From the IMG/VR virus record IMGVR_UViG_3300010970_000074: a DNA stretch of 30,543 bases; one strand, written 5' to 3'. The position numbers and the translations under genes were made by a program. Origin of the DNA: a virus. A model generated the notes under the pieces. The model was not told where the DNA came from and did no database searches. It worked only from the letters and a program-made list of their open reading frames with translations. Shown in pieces: positions 22,713 through 29,343 of the stretch; the stretch's first letter is position 1; the number at the start of each line of letters is the position of its first letter.

Positions 22713-23054
22713 ATGAATTATTGGATAGTACCAAGCGTACTCAAGCAGAAACTGACAAAGAATGAAAGGGAACAATTGGCTAATGATATTGTTGATACAG
22801 TTTCAAACTATTATGGAATATCAATTGCAGATATTAAAGGCAGGTGTAGAAAGCGTAAAATAGTTAAACCAAGACAAGTGATAATGTTCCTTTTAAGGAC
22901 AAAAGCGAGGATGATGTTAAGCGACATTGGTGAGGTTATGAATAGAGACCACACAACTGTTATTCACTCCATTACTTGCATCCAAAACGACATTACCCAT
23001 CCTTACGATGATAGCCTAGAAAAAGACCTTATTAACATAAATATTTTACTTTAA
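22713..23054 (+). CDS. DnaA domain IV-like HTH protein
   Basis: ISIADIKGRCRKRKIVKPRQVIMFLLRT...MLSDIGEVMNRDHTTVIHSITCI matches the DnaA C-terminal DNA-binding domain pattern (R..i...Rq.amyL...sl..IG..f.rdHtTV.h). Confidence 0.65.
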   Translation: MNYWIVPSVLKQKLTKNEREQLANDIVDTVSNYYGISIADIKGRCRKRKIVKPRQVIMFLLRTKARMMLSDIGEVMNRDHTTVIHSITCIQNDITHPYDDSLEKDLININILL

Positions 23055-23105
23055 TTTGGTTTATTAACAAATAAAGTATTAATTTCACATCCTAAACCAT
23101 TAGTT

Positions 23106-23810
23106 ATGAACAACCAAGTAGAAAAACAATCAAACAAAATCCTTTACTCAAGGGAACAAATTGAGTTAATTAGGTCGCAAATTGCACCTGAAGCAACACA
23201 AGAGGAACTTAAATTATTTTTGTATCAATGCCAACGCACAGGACTTGATGCACTTTCAAGGCAGATTTATTGTATTCACCGCTGGAGTAAAGGCGGTAAA
23301 AGAATGACCATTCAAACATCCATTGATGGATTCCGAGTTATTGCGGAGAGGTCAGGTAATTATGGTGGACAATCCGAGCCATTGTTTACTTACGAAAATG
23401 GGAACTTGATTTCCTGTAAGATTTCGGTATTTAGATTCCACAATGACATTCGCTTTGAGGCATCCGTTGGAGTTGCTTATTTAGCAGAGTATTGCCAATT
23501 TGATAAGGATGGCAAACCGATGGGTTTATGGGCAAAGCCACATATAATGTTGGGTAAGGTTGCAGAGGCATTAGCTTTAAGAAAAGCATACCCACAGGAT
23601 TTGTCAGGGATATACACTAGCGAGGAAATGCAACAAGCCGATGAATCAGCCTATTTAAAGGCACATCTTACCGAATTGGATTTAGAGTTAGCCGTTGACC
23701 TTTGCGTATCTAAAACGGAACTTAAAACGCTATATTCATACAATATGAATTTAGTGGATGCAAGTTCTGAATTAAAAGAAATATTTAAAACCAAACAATC
23801 AACTTTATGA
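23106..23810 (+). CDS. Single-strand annealing recombinase (Bet/RecT family)
   Basis: LFLYQCQRTGLDALSRQIYCI...SIDGFRVIAERSGNYGG...GKVAEALALRKAYPQDLSGIYTSEEM is the characteristic Bet/RecT pattern. Confidence 0.8.
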   Translation: MNNQVEKQSNKILYSREQIELIRSQIAPEATQEELKLFLYQCQRTGLDALSRQIYCIHRWSKGGKRMTIQTSIDGFRVIAERSGNYGGQSEPLFTYENGNLISCKISVFRFHNDIRFEASVGVAYLAEYCQFDKDGKPMGLWAKPHIMLGKVAEALALRKAYPQDLSGIYTSEEMQQADESAYLKAHLTELDLELAVDLCVSKTELKTLYSYNMNLVDASSELKEIFKTKQSTL

Positions 23811-24043
23811 TAGATAGTAAACTTGAAAAATTAAGGGATAATGTTTCTTACTATGAGTGGAAATATGAATCTTGCCATAGATTTTGGAAAAATGAGTATT
23901 TAACCGAAATTAAAAAAGCAAGAGCCAAACTTAAAGAATACAAAGCCAAACACTACCCTGAAATGTTAACCCCATTATTAACCCAGCCAAAACCATTTGT
24001 AAGAATGAATGATTGGACTGAACAATACGAAAACTATGAATGA
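23807..24043 (+). CDS. Hypothetical protein
   Basis: 78-aa ORF with an ATGA overlap onto the recombinase gene. Confidence 0.55.
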   Translation: MIDSKLEKLRDNVSYYEWKYESCHRFWKNEYLTEIKKARAKLKEYKAKHYPEMLTPLLTQPKPFVRMNDWTEQYENYE

Positions 24044-24215
24044 ATATCCTAGCATTGACTTGATGATTGGACAATTAAACAAATCAATCACCCAAATAGA
24101 AGCCACAACATTAAGTAAAGATAATTACGTTTTACAAACATTAAGAGTTGCATTAAGACTGGCTTTGGATATTAAACACGAGGAATTAAATTACTTTAAA
24201 ACTAAAAACAATTAA
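24036..24215 (+). CDS. Hypothetical protein
   Basis: 59 aa from the ATG at 24036 (MNEYPSIDL). The track start at 24009 is also possible. Confidence 0.45.
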   Translation: MNEYPSIDLMIGQLNKSITQIEATTLSKDNYVLQTLRVALRLALDIKHEELNYFKTKNN

Positions 24216-24216
24216 T

Positions 24217-24387
24217 ATGGGATTTAGTAATTGCTGCGGAGCAGAAACCGATATGGAAGAAGTAGGCATTTGTCCTGAATGCTTTGAGCATTGCGACTTT
24301 GAAGAAGATGAAGAAGAAGAAATACAAAAGGACATAGAAACCCAAAACCAAATTGAAGAAGAACAAATTAATAAACACTTAAATTAA
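24217..24387 (+). CDS. Small Cys-rich (zinc-ribbon-like) acidic protein, 56 aa (absent from the ORF track)
   Basis: Hand translation gives MGFSNCCGAETDMEEVGICPECFEHCDFEEDEEEEIQKDIETQNQIEEEQINKHLN*. Confidence 0.45.
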   Translation: MGFSNCCGAETDMEEVGICPECFEHCDFEEDEEEEIQKDIETQNQIEEEQINKHLN

Positions 24388-24392
24388 AAACA

Positions 24393-24887
24393 ATGGCAAT
24401 TATTGAAGAATTCCCAAATTATTCTATTGACATAAAAGGCAATGTTTATAATACTAAAAATAATAAATATTGCCACTTTAATAAAGACAATTATGGATAT
24501 ATATTAGTCAATTTGAGAAAAGAAAATATTTGGTATAAAAGAAAAGTTCATAGATTGTTGGCACTTTCATATTTACCAAACCCTGAAAATAAATGTGATG
24601 TAAATCATATAGATGGCAATAAGTCTAATAATGATTTATCAAATTTAGAATGGGCAACTAGAAGCGAAAATATGAAACACGCATATAGAATTGGATTAAG
24701 TTTTATTAGTAATAAAAATATAGAACAATTAAAAAAAAGAAGTAGTAAAAAAGTATTAGATACTAAAACTAAAATAATTTATGAAAGTGCAACATTTGCT
24801 GCAATGAAATTAGGTATTAATAAAAATACTTTAAAAGGTTATTTAGTAGGAAATTATAAAAATAAAACAACATTAATTTACGTTTAA
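24393..24887 (+). CDS. HNH homing endonuclease, paralog 3
   Basis: EEFPNYSIDIKGNVYN, then VHRLLALSYL...VNHIDGNKSNNDLSNLEWATRSENMKHAY, then IIYESATFAAMKLGINKNTLKGYL. Confidence 0.85.
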   Translation: MAIIEEFPNYSIDIKGNVYNTKNNKYCHFNKDNYGYILVNLRKENIWYKRKVHRLLALSYLPNPENKCDVNHIDGNKSNNDLSNLEWATRSENMKHAYRIGLSFISNKNIEQLKKRSSKKVLDTKTKIIYESATFAAMKLGINKNTLKGYLVGNYKNKTTLIYV

Positions 24888-24898
24888 AATAAAAAAAA

Positions 24899-25171
24899 AT
24901 GATAGTATTAAATTTAAAAAAAGAAGACATCAAGTGGACAAAGCATAAAAACGGAAACGAATATGCAACCATAGTAGCTGAAAAAAGAAAAGAAATTGAC
25001 AAATTTGGGAATGACTGGGTTATTTATAATGGTCAAAGTAAAGAACAAAGGGCAGAGAAAGCCAAGAAGGAATATTGCGGAAATGGTAAGGAGTACGTTT
25101 GGGAAGCTAAAAAAGAGTTTGCCCAAAACAAACAAGAATTAGAACCTAACGATGAAAATTTACCATTCTAA
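24899..25171 (+). CDS. Small Lys-rich protein with an SSB-like acidic C-terminal tip (…PNDENLPF)
   Basis: 90 aa. The C-terminus resembles the bacterial SSB tip D-D-D-(I/L)-P-F, and the gene lies in the recombination module. Confidence 0.35.
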   Translation: MIVLNLKKEDIKWTKHKNGNEYATIVAEKRKEIDKFGNDWVIYNGQSKEQRAEKAKKEYCGNGKEYVWEAKKEFAQNKQELEPNDENLPF

Positions 25172-25182
25172 AACCATAAACT

Positions 25183-25377
25183 ATGAGCCAAAACAAACAA
25201 ATTGCAGACTACCTAAATAAGGGTAAAAAGCTAACTCCAATTGATGCCTTAAACAAATTCGGTTGCTTTAGATTAGCAGCACGAATAGCTGATTTAAGGA
25301 ACGAAGGAATGAATATTGTAACTAGAACAATCAAGCTGGAGAATAAGAAGCAGATTGCCCAATATTCGGTTAAATAG
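25183..25377 (+). CDS. Small winged-helix/HTH DNA-binding protein (HTH_39-like)
   Basis: LTPIDALNKFGCFRLAARIADLRNEGMNIVT matches the L-T-P-x-x-A-L...G-x-x-R-L-A-A-R-I-x-x-L-R pattern. Confidence 0.6.
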   Translation: MSQNKQIADYLNKGKKLTPIDALNKFGCFRLAARIADLRNEGMNIVTRTIKLENKKQIAQYSVK

Positions 25378-25379
25378 CT

Positions 25380-25478
25380 TATATTTGCACAGGATGTAGG
25401 ATATCCGTTTATTAACTTATTGGCTCAAAGCTGAAACCCTAATCCTACTAGGGTGGATGCCGAGAGCCTTTTTTTATT
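25380..25478 (+). promoter_or_regulatory. Element E2: TATATTTG promoter box plus ~90-nt structured leader ending in a T-run, paralogous to 151..250
   Basis: TATATTTG 25380..25387. GGATGTAGGATATCC 25392..25406. Outer pairing GGCTC 25422..25426 / GAGCC 25464..25468. Inner hairpin CCCTA-ATCCTAC-TAGGG 25437..25453. T-run 25469..25475, then ATG at 25479. Confidence 0.5.
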
Positions 25479-26168
25479 ATGGCTAAAGACCCAGCAGTGC
25501 TTTTTTACACAAGTGATTTCTTGAGTGGCACATTTACAATGACTAACGAACAGGTTGGTAAATATATTAGATTATTGTGCTTACAACATCAAAAAGGCAA
25601 ATTAACTGAAAAGGATATGTTAAGCATATGCTCTGCATATGATGTTGACATTTGGGATAAATTTAAAATTGAAAATGGTGTATTTATTAACGAAAGGATG
25701 TACAATGAGGCAGTTAGAAGGCAAAAGTTTAGTGAATCAAGGAGAAATAACGCTAAATCACCTAAAAATGATAGCACTAGCAAAGCATATGCAAAGCATA
25801 TGGAAACTGAAACTGAAACTATAAATGAAACTATAACTATAAATAAAACTAAAGCTAAAGTAAAGGTTTTACCCATCCTTTTTAGGGATAGTATTTATAA
25901 TGATATTGAAGTTTTTAGTTCAGCTTTCATTGGAACTCAATATGAATTTGCTAACTTTAATTTTTACTACGAAAAGGTTAAGAATTGGTCGGATTCTAAA
26001 AACAATAAAAAAATAGATTGGATAGCAACTGCTAAAAATTGGATGGCAGATGATATGGCAAATAATAAATTCATAGATATAAACTTTAACCCAAATGCAA
26101 AACGAATTAATCAAGATAGAAAACTCACTTACGCTGAACAACAAGCCGCAATTAGAAATAGCTACTAA
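25479..26168 (+). CDS. DUF1376 (YdaU-like) replication-module protein
   Basis: DPAVLFYTSDFLSGTFTMTNEQVGKYIRLLCLQHQKGKL is the DUF1376 N-terminal signature. Confidence 0.7.
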   Translation: MAKDPAVLFYTSDFLSGTFTMTNEQVGKYIRLLCLQHQKGKLTEKDMLSICSAYDVDIWDKFKIENGVFINERMYNEAVRRQKFSESRRNNAKSPKNDSTSKAYAKHMETETETINETITINKTKAKVKVLPILFRDSIYNDIEVFSSAFIGTQYEFANFNFYYEKVKNWSDSKNNKKIDWIATAKNWMADDMANNKFIDINFNPNAKRINQDRKLTYAEQQAAIRNSY

Positions 26169-26805
26169 ATTAACCGATAAATACGAGGTTAAAATATACG
26201 AGGCAATTAATTCAATGAGTATCAGTAAATGCTCAAAAATAGAAGTAAAAGAAGTACTTAAAACCTGTTTACAATTAAGCGGAACACAATCCCCAGCAAT
26301 GGGTGATTTTGACTTTATTGTAGATTTTGTACTTGATAACTACGGAATATTTAAACTAAAGGAATTAAAAACCGCCTTTGAAATGTTAGCAGCAGATAAA
26401 CTATCAGTTGAAAAACATATCATTTTTAACCCCAAGTTAATCGGTGAGGTAATGTCAGCCTATAAAAAGATAGCAGTACAGGTAAGGCAAAAAACACAAA
26501 TAAACGAAATAAAAGAAACACCAATGCAGATAAATGAAGAACAAGCCATAAAAGATGAAATGGAATGGTGGGATAAATCGGAGCAAAAGAATTGGAAGTT
26601 CTTAAACCATCAAGTATTTGACTATATGTGGAAACGAGGTCAAATTAAAATATCAAAGGAACAAGGCGAAACAATAAAAGCAAAAGTAATGGCGGTATTT
26701 TTAGCTGATTCTAAACGACCACAGGATATGTTAATAGATGAGGACACTATGCGACAACAATGTAAAAAATATTCATTAATGATGCACTTTAATAACCAAT
26801 TATAA
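26095..26805 (+). CDS. Hypothetical replication-module protein (start uncertain)
   Basis: The 236-aa ORF from ATG 26095 overlaps the upstream gene by 74 nt. The in-frame ATG at 26215 is an alternative start. Confidence 0.5.
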   Translation: MQNELIKIENSLTLNNKPQLEIATKLTDKYEVKIYEAINSMSISKCSKIEVKEVLKTCLQLSGTQSPAMGDFDFIVDFVLDNYGIFKLKELKTAFEMLAADKLSVEKHIIFNPKLIGEVMSAYKKIAVQVRQKTQINEIKETPMQINEEQAIKDEMEWWDKSEQKNWKFLNHQVFDYMWKRGQIKISKEQGETIKAKVMAVFLADSKRPQDMLIDEDTMRQQCKKYSLMMHFNNQL

Positions 26806-26817
26806 AACAAATAACCT

Positions 26818-27033
26818 ATGAAAACAGCAATGCAAGAATTAATTGAATGGCATAGAAAATCAATGCGTTCATATTCTGAAACAAATAAAATGATTGAGTC
26901 ATTACTTGAAAAAGAAAAAGAACAGCATAAAGAAACTTGGTTTAGGTCAACTGCTCAATTTGATAATTCAGCAGAAATAACTTATAAAAAGCTATTTGAA
27001 GAACACTACAACGAAACTTACAACCAAAATTAA
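26818..27033 (+). CDS. Hypothetical protein
   Basis: 71-aa ORF preceded by the conserved junction motif AACAAATAACCTATGAAA. Confidence 0.5.
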   Translation: MKTAMQELIEWHRKSMRSYSETNKMIESLLEKEKEQHKETWFRSTAQFDNSAEITYKKLFEEHYNETYNQN

Positions 27034-27039
27034 TAACCT

Positions 27040-27285
27040 ATGAAACTATATACAGAGGAACAAGTAATAACTTTTGCAATTAAAGTATTATCAGATTATG
27101 AAATCAATGGTACTTTTTACAATAGAGAAAAACTTAAAGAAACATTAGATGTAACCCCAATAAAACTACCAAGTGATGAGGAGATGGCTAATGCTTCTAA
27201 TCATTGCAAAGATGGTCAAGTGAAAATAGGATTTTTAAGAGGAGTTTTATGGCTAAAAGAACAAATACTTAAACAAAACAAATAA
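27040..27285 (+). CDS. Hypothetical protein
   Basis: 81-aa ORF. No motif recognised. Confidence 0.5.
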   Translation: MKLYTEEQVITFAIKVLSDYEINGTFYNREKLKETLDVTPIKLPSDEEMANASNHCKDGQVKIGFLRGVLWLKEQILKQNK

Positions 27286-27288
27286 CAT

Positions 27289-27534
27289 ATGAAAACATTA
27301 TTAATTGGACTATTATTATTTTTATTATTATCCTGCGAAACAAAACCCAAAAAATATAAATATCAAATAGGAAGTGTAATTCTATTAAAGCAAGATTCTA
27401 TATTAGCTGTTGTATTAGCACAAGATGCTTATTTAGAGGGATACGATTATCAAGTAAGTTATAGAACAAAAGATGGCAAAATTGAATATATGGGTTTAGA
27501 TGAGCAAGCAATATTAATGTTAAAAAACAAATAA
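27289..27534 (+). CDS. Putative lipoprotein
   Basis: MKTLLIGLLLFLLLSCETKPKK has a signal peptide and a lipobox-like LLSC. Confidence 0.55.
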   Translation: MKTLLIGLLLFLLLSCETKPKKYKYQIGSVILLKQDSILAVVLAQDAYLEGYDYQVSYRTKDGKIEYMGLDEQAILMLKNK

Positions 27535-27536
27535 CT

Positions 27537-27719
27537 ATGAAAGAAATATTTAAACTAACAATTGAGTTTACAAGGATATTTATAGGATTTATCCTAGCTA
27601 TTACCATATTGGTAACATTTGACATTTACTACGAATTAAAACGATTATATGAACGGAGCAGAAAATTCACAACCAGTGAGAATGATATACCTAGACAACA
27701 AACAAGAAACAATATTTAA
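27537..27719 (+). CDS. Small membrane protein
   Basis: 60 aa with the hydrophobic segment IFIGFILAITILVTF. Confidence 0.4.
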   Translation: MKEIFKLTIEFTRIFIGFILAITILVTFDIYYELKRLYERSRKFTTSENDIPRQQTRNNI

Positions 27720-27849
27720 ATCAGTAGCCTACGCCCATAGAGTAACAGGTGTAAATGAATACCAAATCAAACAATCCTTAAACCCTGTAAACAAGAAACG
27801 ATTTACCTACCAAGACCGAATAGTTGTTTTTCGTACTTTAAAACCCTAA
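27649..27849 (+). CDS. Small protein resembling the NUMOD1/IENR1-type DNA-binding module of homing endonucleases (start uncertain)
   Basis: VRMIYLDNKQETIFKSVAYAHRVTGVNEYQIKQSL parallels the C-terminal modules of the three HNH genes (for example VVLDLQTGIFYESAKEAAKLLGINSNTLRCYL). It overlaps 27537..27719. Confidence 0.35.
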   Translation: MNGAENSQPVRMIYLDNKQETIFKSVAYAHRVTGVNEYQIKQSLNPVNKKRFTYQDRIVVFRTLKP

Positions 27850-27854
27850 TTTTG
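27847..27854 (+). promoter_or_regulatory. Candidate -7 promoter box TAATTTTG, 4 nt before the ATG
   Basis: TAnnTTTG match overlapping the upstream stop codon. Confidence 0.35.
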
Positions 27855-27858
27855 CATT

Positions 27859-28230
27859 ATGGCTTTACAATCAATTCCAAGATTAACCGCAAAGGCTCAA
27901 CAAATATTTAACCGATACATTAGGACTAGAGATAGTCAAGATGGGTATTTTACCTGTATTAGTTGCGGTCAAGTAAAGGATTTTGAATATATGGATGCTG
28001 GGCATTATGTTCCTGTCAAGGGAAGTTCTGCATTAAGGTTTGATGAATACAACGTAAACGGAGAATGTAAATCCTGCAATGGCTTTGACCAATTCCACCT
28101 AATAGGTTATCGCAGAAACCTAATTGATAAAATAGGCGAACGAATGGTTTTGCACCTAGAAAGCCAACACAGGCTAATAAAGAAATGGTCAAGGACTGAA
28201 TTAAACGAATTAATTGAAAAATATAAGTAA
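27859..28230 (+). CDS. ninG: NinG/Rap-like recombination endonuclease
   Basis: FNRYIRTRDSQDGYFTCISCGQ...DAGHYVPVKGSSALRFDEYNVNGECKSCN matches the lambda NinG family pattern. Confidence 0.75.
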   Translation: MALQSIPRLTAKAQQIFNRYIRTRDSQDGYFTCISCGQVKDFEYMDAGHYVPVKGSSALRFDEYNVNGECKSCNGFDQFHLIGYRRNLIDKIGERMVLHLESQHRLIKKWSRTELNELIEKYK

Positions 28231-28346
28231 TGGCAAAACTTAACGCAGCTGGTAAGGTAAACTTTGGCACAAGAAAAAAAGGTAAGTACAAAAAAAGTAA
28301 CGGACCGAAAGACAAACCAACAAAACCATACAACCGACAAGGATAA
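28230..28346 (+). CDS. 38-aa highly basic micro-protein (absent from the ORF track)
   Basis: Hand translation gives MAKLNAAGKVNFGTRKKGKYKKSNGPKDKPTKPYNRQG*. It has TAATG overlaps at both ends (28228..28232 and 28344..28348). Confidence 0.4.
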   Translation: MAKLNAAGKVNFGTRKKGKYKKSNGPKDKPTKPYNRQG

Positions 28347-28540
28347 TGAAAGATACATTCTCAAAGAAGGAATACAACTGTAAGTGTGGAACTTTAAATG
28401 AAAGGTACATTTGGCATAGTGAACTTAAAACCTACACTTTTAAATGTAATAAATGCAGTAAAGAATTGGACATAAAAAACTATAAAAGTAAAGAAGTGCC
28501 ACAAACTGCATCCATTAGAACACCAACAAAGAACCGATAA
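28346..28540 (+). CDS. Small zinc-ribbon protein
   Basis: CKCG...(17 aa)...CNKC gives a four-Cys arrangement in 64 aa. Confidence 0.5.
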   Translation: MKDTFSKKEYNCKCGTLNERYIWHSELKTYTFKCNKCSKELDIKNYKSKEVPQTASIRTPTKNR

Positions 28541-28974
28541 TGTTAATCAACGAAATCAAACCAAACCCAAACAATCCTAGAACAATTAATGTAGATGACT
28601 TTGCAAAGTTGGTTAAGTCTATTCAAGATGACCAAAAGCTACTTGAAGCAAAACCATTAATAATAGATGAGAATAATCAAATAATAGGGGGTAATCAAAG
28701 GTATCGTGCTTGTATAGAATTAGGCATTCAAGATATACCTGTTATAAAAATGTCAAACTTAACTGAACGAGAAAAACAAAAATTGCTTATAATTGATAAC
28801 ACACACTATGGAATGTGGGATATGGATATGTTAGCAAACGATGATTGGTCGGTTGCAGATTTAGGCGAATGGGGAGTTAATGTAGATTTTCTAATTCCTA
28901 CTATTGATGAACCAAAAGATATAGACAATGCCATCGGAGGTAAGACTTGTCCTAATTGTGGTGTAACTTTGTAA
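28540..28974 (+). CDS. ParB-like nuclease domain protein with a C-terminal CPNCG zinc knuckle
   Basis: INEIKPNPNNPRTI...IIGGNQRYRACIELGIQDIPV is the ParB N-terminal (ParBc) signature. Confidence 0.75.
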   Translation: MLINEIKPNPNNPRTINVDDFAKLVKSIQDDQKLLEAKPLIIDENNQIIGGNQRYRACIELGIQDIPVIKMSNLTEREKQKLLIIDNTHYGMWDMDMLANDDWSVADLGEWGVNVDFLIPTIDEPKDIDNAIGGKTCPNCGVTL

Positions 28975-28995
28975 TTCAGTGATAATACAACGATA

Positions 28996-29343
28996 ATGCC
29001 GAATCCCGAAAACTTAAAACCATTCCCTAAAGGAGTATCAGGAAACCCAGCAGGGAAACCTAAAGGAGTTGAACATAGCAAAACAAGACTATTGCGATTA
29101 CTTCAATTAGTAACTAAAGTGCGTAACCCTGTTACAGGCGAAGATGAGGAATTTACAATAGCCGAGCAACTAGATATGAAGATAATTGCAAAGGCAATGA
29201 AATCCGATTTAAAGGCTTATCAGGAAATACTTGATAGATTAGAAGGCAGAGCAAAACAAACAACCGACATAAACGCAAACATTCAAGGTAGCGTTCAAAT
29301 AGTAATACAAGAAGATGACCGATGTAAACCAATTGAAGATTAA
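28996..29343 (+). CDS. terS: Putative terminase small subunit
   Basis: 115 aa, directly upstream of and overlapping terL. The N-terminus NLKPFPKGVSGNPAGKPKG is common in small terminase-like (DUF5681-type) proteins. Confidence 0.5.
   Translation: MPNPENLKPFPKGVSGNPAGKPKGVEHSKTRLLRLLQLVTKVRNPVTGEDEEFTIAEQLDMKIIAKAMKSDLKAYQEILDRLEGRAKQTTDINANIQGSVQIVIQEDDRCKPIED

Noticed and set aside
22604-22765. 53-aa coiled-coil ORF (MSYIDNSKPNMMREIYILEQENEMLRNQIRKLKIELNELLDSTKRTQAETDKE) with an ATGA overlap onto the upstream stop
   Set aside because: It fills the 22608..22712 gap and has a convincing coupled start. However, it overlaps the DnaA domain IV-like ORF by 53 nt in another frame. I could not decide whether it is real with a later start for 22713..23054, part of a +1 frameshift fusion, or spurious, so I left it out of the feature list.
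17524-29081. Remaining antisense or overlapping track ORFs: 17524..17796, 18942..19157, 20866..21069 (+), 24817..25002, 24914..25135, 25589..25876, 25639..25824 (+), 25920..26144, 27398..27625, 28016..28333, 28107..28364 and 28806..29081
   Set aside because: Each is nested in or antisense to an ORF with a better motif or context. They have hydrophobic, low-complexity translations and would break the otherwise gap-free single-strand gene arrangement.
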